Source: Macrostomum lignano (lineage: Eukaryota). From it: a stretch of 64,000 nucleotides of DNA. Under the pieces are notes generated by a model. The model was not told the DNA's origin. It made no database searches and saw only the letters and a program-made list of their open reading frames with translations. Below, one piece after another: positions 55,178-64,000 of this stretch. A program made the translations under genes and the position numbers. Within the stretch, counting starts at the first letter, position 1. Each line of letters begins with the position of its first letter. The stretch spans positions 11,765 through 75,764 of the forward strand of contig NIVC01002217.1 in assembly GCA_002269645.1 (NCBI GenBank), given 5' to 3'.

Positions 55178-58100
55178 TCATGGCTCTTGCCTGCTTGGCG
55201 GTACAAGAGGCGCCCTGGTGGCCAGACTCTGTCGCGACATGTCATCAGGTGGAGCAGATGCAGCATCGATATTTGAACTTCTCGATTCCGCTGCAGACCA
55301 TGCAAATGTGAATGGGTTTTATGGAACTATGGAACTATGGAACTATGGAACTATGGAACTATGGAACTATGGAACTATGGAACTATGGAACTATGGAACT
55401 ATGGAACTATGGTTTCAATCTCCATGCTCTCTTAATGTGGCCAGGCCCGGAACCCCGGTACCAGAGAGACGGAACCCTGGCATGAGAGTCGGACGGGTTG
55501 ACCGCTGGGCTACTTACTCTACCCCTAGGTCGGAAAGCAATGCGGCAGGAATGCTTGCTTGTGCATGAAAAAAGACCGACATGCTCCTTTTAGAAGAAAG
55601 CACTTTGCACAGCGAGTAAGTCATTCTAAACGATCGATATTTTTTTTGTTTAAGTCGGAGTCTGTATGTATAGCTGTTTCCATCAAAATAATGGAAGTTA
55701 TCTGTATGGCTGCTGATGGAGAAGCGAGGAGAGGAGAGGAGAGGACAGGAGGCAGTGCGTGTGAGCGAAGCGAGTCAGCATTGGCCTTGAAAGTTAAGTG
55801 GCTGAGAGCCTTCGTGAAGCATAGGGGGAAAGGACTGCTTTGGGGTCTACGAAATTCTAACAAAATTCCTGAAAGCCTGCAGGGTTTTCTAAGAAGTGCA
55901 GCCAGAGCCGGAGCTGAAATAATGCGCCCGCAGGAAATATTGATAGGTAATTGGCGCTATGACTCTTCAGCGTGGAGCCGCTGAACGCTTTTTTGTAGCC
56001 TGGCAGCCTGAACGCTTGAAAAACAATGCCTCCCCCGCTGCATTGACTTCTCTGCCCCGCCTGCTGCCAACTCCCTCTTGACTGGGAATAGTTGCCACCT
56101 CAGCTCACAGACTCAGTCCTGCTTCTCTTCCCCTCACTCATCTGGTTTGTACCCGGCGTTGCCATGCCAAACTGGGTGCGCAAGGGAAGAGGAGAACTGG
56201 CCAACTGTTAGTGAGGACAATTCTCAAGGTTTACCATTATGCTTTGACGGCTTTCCGTTGTCGGCCGCTGAATCCGCCGTCTCGGCCTCCCCCGCCTGTT
56301 TCTGTTGCTCAAGGCGCTTCATCAGGTGCAGCTGTTGCACCCCGGACTCTCCGGCAGCAATGGTGATCTCGGCCTGGCGGCTCAGCCGGCGGTACTTGCA
56401 GTACATGAGAATAAGGCAGGTCAGAGCGATGCCGCAGCCAGCAATCAGGATGACGTTGGTGCCGATCAGAGCGCTGCGAAACCGGGCCAGCGCTTCTTCG
56501 TCGACTAATGTAAAGTCGTCCGCTTTGGCAACGAAGAAGCTGAGCACGGTTGAACCGGTTAGCTGGGGCGATCCGGAGTCCTTAGCAACCAGGGTGAGGT
56601 TGTACCAGCCTCGCCGACCAGTCAGGCTCTGGTTGACCCTCAATTGGGCATAGTAGCCATCTGTGGCGTTAGTGGTTGACACGCGGAACAGCTGCAGGGC
56701 GTCAGCAGACTGGCCAGGGGCCGCTATCAGTTCGTACCCGAGCTCGCTATTGCGACCGACGTCCTTGTCGGTGGCACGCACCGAGTCAATTTCGAAGCCG
56801 GCTTGGTAGTTCTCCTTGAGATTGCGGAAAGTAAACAGGCCGCTAGGAAAGGTCGGCGAGCAGTCGTTTACATCTTTCACGTTGATAACCATCTGGCGAC
56901 TGACGCGGCGACGGTCGATGCCGCTGGGATTGTCGACCCCCTCTATTACCAGCAGCTGCTGGTCACCGCCAGAGACGTCGCGATCCAGCTGCCTCACGAG
57001 GGTCACTCGCCCGGTATCGGAAGCCACGTTAAAAAATGCATCTCCTGCCAGCAAGCTGTAGACCACCTGGCCGAAGACGCCCGAGTCGTTATCGTAGGCG
57101 CGAACGGTGGCAACCACGGTGCCCACCGGGGTGCTCTCGGGGTAGCTGAGCGGCGTCGGGAACTGGTCGAACACCGGATCGTATGTGTTGGCGTTGATAA
57201 CCTCGATGGTAACGCTTGCGCTGGTCACGTGCAGGCCGTCGCTAACTGTGACGATGAACTCGTGTCTGCTGCTCTTCTCGTAATCGAGTCTCTGCACCAG
57301 AGAAACCTGGCCGCTGGCGGAGTCAACGGCGAACTGGCTGATCCCGGGCGGCGCGATGGCGTACGCGAGGCTCACGGTGGACACGTCCGGATCGTCGGCC
57401 TGCAGCTTCAGATTGATGGGAATCGGCGGAGCCAGCGACTCGGACACCTGCGAGTGTTACAAAATTTTTTACGTGTTTGACAATGTTTTCCTACCAAAGT
57501 GCATCGGATTGAGGCTTCTGATCAAAGCTGAAGTTGCTCACCTGCACAGTGTAGTTGTTGGCGCTACCAGTTGATAGAAACCGCGGCGGCTTGTTGTTAA
57601 TGTCAGTTAGAGTCAACACAATGGTGCCAGTTGCCGTCTGAACAGGCGTCGGAGTCGCAGCATTGAGGTCGCGCGCTAGCACCTGGACGGTGAGCTCCTG
57701 TGCAATCTCCCGGTCCAAGGCGGTCATTGCATAAAGCGTCGCATTCAACGGGTCGATGCTGAACAAAGTGGAGAAGTTATACGCGGGTGTCGATGCGACG
57801 GCGCCGCCCCCGGCAGATCGACCGGTGGTGATGTTGGTGAGCAGGCTGTAAGTGAGGTTGGCGCTGGAGTCCGGGTCGATGGCCGTCTTTGACGGCTGAA
57901 AGAGCGGTGCGAAAGTTGCTGAACCTTCTGAGACGGTGACTCGTGTGGTCACGGGTTCGAAGTAAGGCGCCTTATTATTGACGTCTGACACGTTGATGTG
58001 CACGAAACAGGGAGCGCCAGTTAGCTGGGGAGTTCCTCGATCGAAGATGCCGATGGTCAGGTTGTGAAAGACGCCTAGCTTATTCACGTCCAGGTCGGCG

Positions 58101-61100
58101 CCCCGCTCAACGATGACACCGCTGCCACCGGCGTCCAGCGTGAACCGGTCACCGGCGCCGGCCAGGATGCGGAAGAAGACCTGAAGTTTAGTTCGATAAA
58201 AAGTTCCCTTGGTAAATTGGCTTGGGTTTGAAGACGGATACAGGGCATTGTAGCAAGCACATAACCACGCCACATTAGCTTAGCATGACGATCACTAATT
58301 TGTGAATGCACTCGCAAATTTTCGCGGCCTTGTCGTCTATACTGCGTAATCCCACTAATAATAATGCCATGTTTCTTATATCTCCATACATTTATATTGT
58401 ACAAAACAAGACAAAAACATGCAGGTTTAAAACTTTTCCTTCGATTGAGTCTTTAAAAACTTTAGGTTCCATTCAGGAGGACAAATTTTCCCGTGAATGT
58501 TTTTAGCCCAGAGTAGCACAGTGCTGAGTAATCTTTTCAACCATTGCATCCTTGTCTCACCACTGTTGTGCCTAAAAATGTCCAGAAAAACTAGAATGCG
58601 TTCTAAAAACTCGTGTAGCTCGAACGCAAAAGCAATACTCTGTCACAGCCTTCCGAGACTGCTCTCAATAAGGTAAGAGCGTACGTACCAATCAGCCAGA
58701 CTCATACCTGCGAGTTCGGACTGCCCGGACTGTCGCCGTCGCTGCCTGCAAGTTCAGCCACTCGGGTGCCATAGCCGGCGGTCTCCGGCACCGAGCCGCT
58801 GTACACCCGTTGGCTGCACTCCGGTGCCAGGTCGTTTTGATCCACCACTGCGATGCGAATCTCTACGGTGCTGCTTAGCGAAGGCGACCCTCCGTCAGCG
58901 GCCTCGGCCTTCAGCACCAGCGTCTTGTTGGCCAGTGTCTCGTAGTCCAGCGGCCGCTGTACAGACAGCACACCAGTGGCATTATCTATAGCAAAACTGG
59001 CGCTAGAGTTGCTAGGCAACAGGGAGTAGGTAATGACGTTGTTTGGAAAGAGATCCGAGTCCACGGCCTGCAATCGTGAGTTTAATTTATGGTAATATCC
59101 CAGAGCTTTTTCATCTTTGTAAGTACCAATTATGGGGCTATGAGAGGGCTATATATAAAGTTAAGCAGAGTTAGTCCGGGTTAGTACGCAGGTTCAGGTT
59201 TACCACGGCAAGAGAGCACAGCAAGGAGCTTCGATGAGCTCCATTTCAATAGGTTGGCAGCTCTGAGCTGCTATTTAAACACAGGGTGGGAGTTGTGACT
59301 TACAGTCTTAGCACTGTACAAGCTGTAAATAGCTTTTAGCTACACATCTGGCTAGCTCTGCTTTTTATCTAGCAGTAGATACTTGGAGTGCGTGGCCGTA
59401 GTTGCGCAACTAGCTACCTACCACAAGCTGCACCACACTCTCCATGCTGAGGCTGTTCTCTTTCACGGCCCCTTCGTAGAATGTTCTCTGAAATGCCGGG
59501 CGCTGATCGTTTTTATCCAGCAGGTGAATCTCCAGCTGCGAGCTGCCAGTCAAACCGCCGCCGTCCGTCGCCTGCAGGGTCAGGTACAGGATGGGAAATT
59601 TCTCCCTGTCCAGCAGGCTGAGGTCTTCGTCGGCTCGGACGCCGACTTGAATTTGACCTGTGGTGCCGTTGACGATAAACCTGATGGCAGATGATAGAAT
59701 ATTTGTATACAGTGTTTCCGTCTATTGAGCATGATGAGCTTTTATTTCAGTATACAGGGTGGCTCAAAACCATGGCTTACTTATTCGCATCGGTGCCACC
59801 CAAGCTGTATGAAATCTTAGCGAAATCTCCGCTGTCAATGTCGAATGCCTGACAATGAGATTAATGAATGAAAAAATTCTCAAGAGCTTTCAGCTCATCA
59901 GATCTAAGATAAATTGATAATCCTAATAACCTCGATAGATTTCAAGATTTCTTACATCGACTTTACCGACAATGGTGCCATTCGGAGAGTTCTCGGTACG
60001 CTGAACTCGTACTTAGACTGGTTGAATCTGGGAGCGTTGTCATTTGCGTCGAGCAAGAATACAGTGAAGGTAGCGGTTGAAGACAGCCGTGCTGTAGTTT
60101 TGGACTCTCTTGCCACTATCTAAAGTAGAAAGAGTTGAATAGATTAAACCTGTATTCTGATGCTGCGCCTTGGCTTCATGAGCTCTTAAGAAGCTTGAAC
60201 TGTAGAAAAATTCATCCAGAACCAAATGGATTTGCACTTTTTTGCAGCCAAAATTCCTACCTGGAACTCTATGCTCTTCGCAGCTTCGTAGTCAAGAACC
60301 GTACTGTCTTTGACGCGCACTGTCAAAGCTGCGGTGCCGACAGCACTAGATGGAAGCACATCAAAGACATCAAACGCGCTTCCATTACTGAGGACGATGG
60401 TCAAATCAAAGGCGCTATTGTCGCCGTCGTCATGGTCAGTGACAGTGCACGCGGCTAGCAGACTGACCGGAGTTCCCGCCACCGTATTCTCCAACACTGT
60501 GGCATTGTAGGCCGATCGACTGAACGTCGGCGTCACGTCATTAACGTCTTGAACGGTGATTCGCACTGAAGTCGTCGTACGCGACAGGTTAGCCGGCTGC
60601 GGACTACCTGTTGATACCTCTTCGGCGATGACGTTCAAGCTGAAACTGGCGTACACTGCGGCTATCTGAGCACTCTCGCGATCGATGCTGCTGGCAACCT
60701 CCAGCCTGCCTGTGGTTCTGTTCAGCGAGAATAAGCTGGCTAGAGCCGAGCTGTTGTCCAGCAGGTACTGCACCGGGTTGGGCACACCGCGATCTCCATC
60801 GCGCGCGAGCACAGTCATCAGCAGGGAACCAATTGGCGAGTTCTCAGTCACTGAGACCAGGTATGGCGTGCCCTCGAACACTGGTGGTGTGTCCTGTCTG
60901 TCAAGCACGCTGACCACAATATCGGTAGAGGTATTCCTGCCACCCGTGACGCGCTCTGTGACGTAGACCGAGACCTGATAGAAGCGGTTGGCTTCATAGT
61001 CCAAAGGCTGCATTAGTGACACTGTGCTCAGGTAAATGGAGCCGGTCTGCGGCGCCGAGAGCAGTCTGCTTGTTCGGTAGGACTCGTTGAACAAATTTGC

Positions 61101-62552
61101 TGTTGTGGACGTGAGCTGTGTGCGGTGCAGTTAAACAGATGGATCAAGTGGGGAAAGTTCTCAAGAATTTCTTCGTCTGTCTACGGAACACTGCCGTCTA
61201 AACCTTCTTATTGACATTTCCTAAATATTTAGAATACAAAAAGTACTTCTTGTCCTTATTTAAATGACCAATCGTTGGTAGTTTTTTTGTACTCACCGCC
61301 GAGTTCACCTGCAATGGGTTTTAAAGAGAGTGGTAATTATTTTTGAAATTCGAGAGAGCAGCCACCACAAGCGTTGGCATTGCCTGATCGTACCACATAG
61401 GTAAACCGGTAGCTGCTCGAAGTCTTGTCCCGGTCCAGCACCGTCACATTGAAACTCGTTTCTGCTGTCCACAGAGTGTTCTGCGACGATAAAAGTGAGA
61501 ATTAAAGTTTTCAGTTTGATCCATGGACGGTTGCTGAATTCTTGCATTTGAAATTCGTTGAAAAGGAGTGTTACTTCCTATTACTACCGGCTGTCATTGT
61601 GTTCGTGACGTACCAACAAGATGTGACTGCGAGCTATCATTACATTACAGTACACTGCATATAATTACCTCCGGCACCTCCCAGCGGTACGGCAGATTTT
61701 GAAATTCCGGCAAATTGTCGTTCTGGTCGACGATGTATATCATAATTGACTTGTCAATCACCTGTGGGATTTGCATGGTTGCGATCGGAACGGTCACTGC
61801 GGCTGTGCTTGAAGTTAAAAATAACTATTCTAAAGTGTAAAAATAAATAATGCCTTACATTCCCTTTGAAATCGTTCATTCGTAGGATCAGATTTCCCAC
61901 AGGACTGCTCAGGCTCTGAAATTGAAGCAACAGCAGTAGGGAGTCTATACTTCGTTTTTTGTGCTCCAATATACTTAAAAGTGGAAGGATATTACAAAAC
62001 CGACCTCGCTGTCAATGCGACTGTTGACCATGACCAGGGCGCTTCGAGCCACCTTGTTGGTACGCAGCTTGAAAAAGTACAGCAGCGTCGCGTCGCCAAC
62101 CAGTGTGAATTCGACGTCGTCACCTTCAGCGTCAGTGGCCTCAACGGTGAATAGAGACGTGTCTGCAGTGATGCAAAAGAGAACTGGGATCCGAATTCCG
62201 TTTTTGTTCTTGGTTGCGGTGATTCTTGTATTTCTATTGCATAAACTTATAATTAAGTAAATATAGAATGAATTGCGAAAAATTATAATACTAGAGCTCT
62301 CTGTTTCCGACAAGCACCTGATAATAGCATAGCTACATGTAAACTTCTAATAACAAAACAGCTATAGATTGATTTTAGGCATCTACCGCCTTATTGGCTA
62401 TCAGATTTCTGCACTGGCGATCCCGCACATACCGATGGGAATCTCCTCCTTAATCTGGAGCAAACTGCCGCATTCTCCAGACACATAGTTGACGTTTAAA
62501 CCGCTGCACTGTCGGAATGTCGGCGGCGTATTCTGCGCCAGACTGCGAGGCG
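55178..62552 (-). CDS. Cadherin-related protein (Cad87A/CDHR1/CDH23-like), ~11 extracellular cadherin repeats + TM + short tail; 5' signal-peptide exon not found; one 1-nt frameshift
   Basis: Exons 62552-62433, 62162-62005, 61915-61859, 61761-61669, 61480-61394, 61308-61297, 61115-60261, 60119-59956 (1 nt short), 59848-59781, 59680-59422, 59067-58708, 58180-57542, 57447-56235, then a candidate last exon 55290-55178 (alternatives exist). Repeated PE, DxD, LDRE/LDYE and DxNDxxPxF motifs. N-terminal QNTPPTF strand. TM NVILIAGCGIALTCLILMYC followed by KYRR. Confidence 0.9.
55319..55411. repeat. 8-bp microsatellite (ATGGAACT)n
   Basis: About 11 perfect units. Confidence 0.9.
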
Positions 62553-64000
62553 CTGAAAAGGTTGCAGAATGGTTGCAAGACGATCGGCCTTTGATCCAGC
62601 ATCTTGAAGTTCTTAAAGGGATACCTCATAGAAAGAACATTCCAGTAGCTTTGTCTGTAGTAAATTTAGTTGAAACGCATACCGTTAATGAACTTGGCAA
62701 TAGCAAAGTTTCAAGTTGCTTTCTCCATTAATTAGGATTATGAACTGTTTTTGCGTGCCGCGAATTATTTTAAAGAGGATGTGAACTTAAGATTCAAAAT
62801 GAAGCCTGAAGCATTGGGTCCCATGATCACATTCACATGAAATCATGTTCACATGAAATCTCCATTTATCCCATTTCTCTCCACAGAGATCCTCAATTGC
62901 TAAAGTGGTCGGGTTTGCGGCACAACGGGAGCTATTTGGCTTCAAATGAAGGGATTGGCCTAGAGAAATCGGGACCCAATGCTTCAGGCTCCATTCCGAC
63001 TCTGAAGTTCACATCCCCTTTTTGACCTGTTTTTACCCATCCAAAACAGCGGCTTACTATGATTTTTCGAAGTGCCGCAAGGCAAAAAAGGTCAATTTAT
63101 TTCGAAAATGAAAACGGGATTCTCTTCTGCACATGACGCGTATTACAAATTCTGTTTGCATTACAAACACAGTCAGCTAACATTAGATTCATAAAACTAA
63201 TGAGTCGTTTTGTGCAATTTTTATGGTTGTTTGGCACATTATATGTTTCGGATGTAAAATTAACATAGAATCCCAATTTTCAATAGAACGTAACTCTTGA
63301 CTCTTGTCTTAAGCCTTAACTCTTGTCTAGCAATGGACGATTCGAGTCAGAACTTGACTCACAGAATCTTTTACTACTAGCTACTAGAAAGTCCTGGCAG
63401 AAGCCAAGCAACGCATAACATTTCTTGTTCTTATTAATTTTTCGAGTGTCAACCCCCCCCCCATGTGTTTCTCTTCGCCTCGCCCTGACCAAGTAAGTGC
63501 AAAGCAAAGCACACGCAGTCGGAGTGGGAGGTGGCACTTGAATGACTGCGGGGTTTCCTCGAATGCAGGACTACAGACCATGGAGAGTCACTGATACCCC
63601 TTAATAAAAATGAAATCTGAGAACACAGGTTTTCAATAAATGAGAATATATTCTTTTTATATATGTTTATTAATGCTGATTCTAACAGATCTGCTCAGAG
63701 CTTTCTTCGGTTTCCATGGCAGCGGAGCGAGGCGTGTCAGGTTCGCTTTCAAATATTTCACTCCGCACCATGGTTGCAGTGAAAATATTGATTGAAAGTT
63801 GAGATCCGAGGCGGAAGAGCCAACCCAATATCCAGCAGCTACCAGCAGGTTTCCCCCAGCTAAATATTTTATAAATTTATAGAAAGTTTTCCCTTATCCG
63901 CGCTGGTTGATAAGAACTGTAGGATAAAATTTGGGGAAATACTGCGATCTAGCAGAATAGTGCCAGATTGTGAATGAGAAGCGTCAATATCTAATAGAAT

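Noticed and set aside
63316-63581. Candidate first (signal-peptide) exon of the cadherin
   Set aside because: A phase-compatible donor exists near 63360, but no frame gives an ATG-initiated hydrophobic signal peptide.

Overview
Eukaryotic (metazoan) genomic DNA, not prokaryotic. The GC-rich exons and minisatellite-filled introns suggest a Macrostomum-like flatworm (inference). Contents: (1) a full-length, apparently young non-LTR retrotransposon (APE-RT-RNase H, LOA/Lian-like, minus strand, 1177-6986) inserted into a 29-bp minisatellite with a 13-bp target-site duplication; (2) a 10-exon synapsin gene (+, 8406-40012, ~539 aa); (3) a 5-exon TIMP gene (-, 26850-19898, ~335 aa) nested antisense in synapsin intron 5, matching the Syn-TIMP nesting known from vertebrates and Drosophila, but with a non-canonical N-terminus; (4) a 3-4 exon gene for an uncharacterised protein with a degenerate ParB/sulfiredoxin-like domain (-, 46258-43095); (5) a C7orf57-like gene (-, 51495-50263); (6) a cadherin with ~11 EC repeats, a TM segment, a 12-nt microexon and a 1-nt frameshift in this assembly (-, 62552 to ~55178); (7) two copies of a tRNA-derived SINE; (8) about 25 distinct tandem-repeat families covering roughly 20 kb (~30%) of the window. 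Most long ORFs in the supplied track are artefacts of these tandem repeats. All gene models were assembled by hand from splice signals and reading-frame continuity. Family assignments come from remembered motifs, not database searches.
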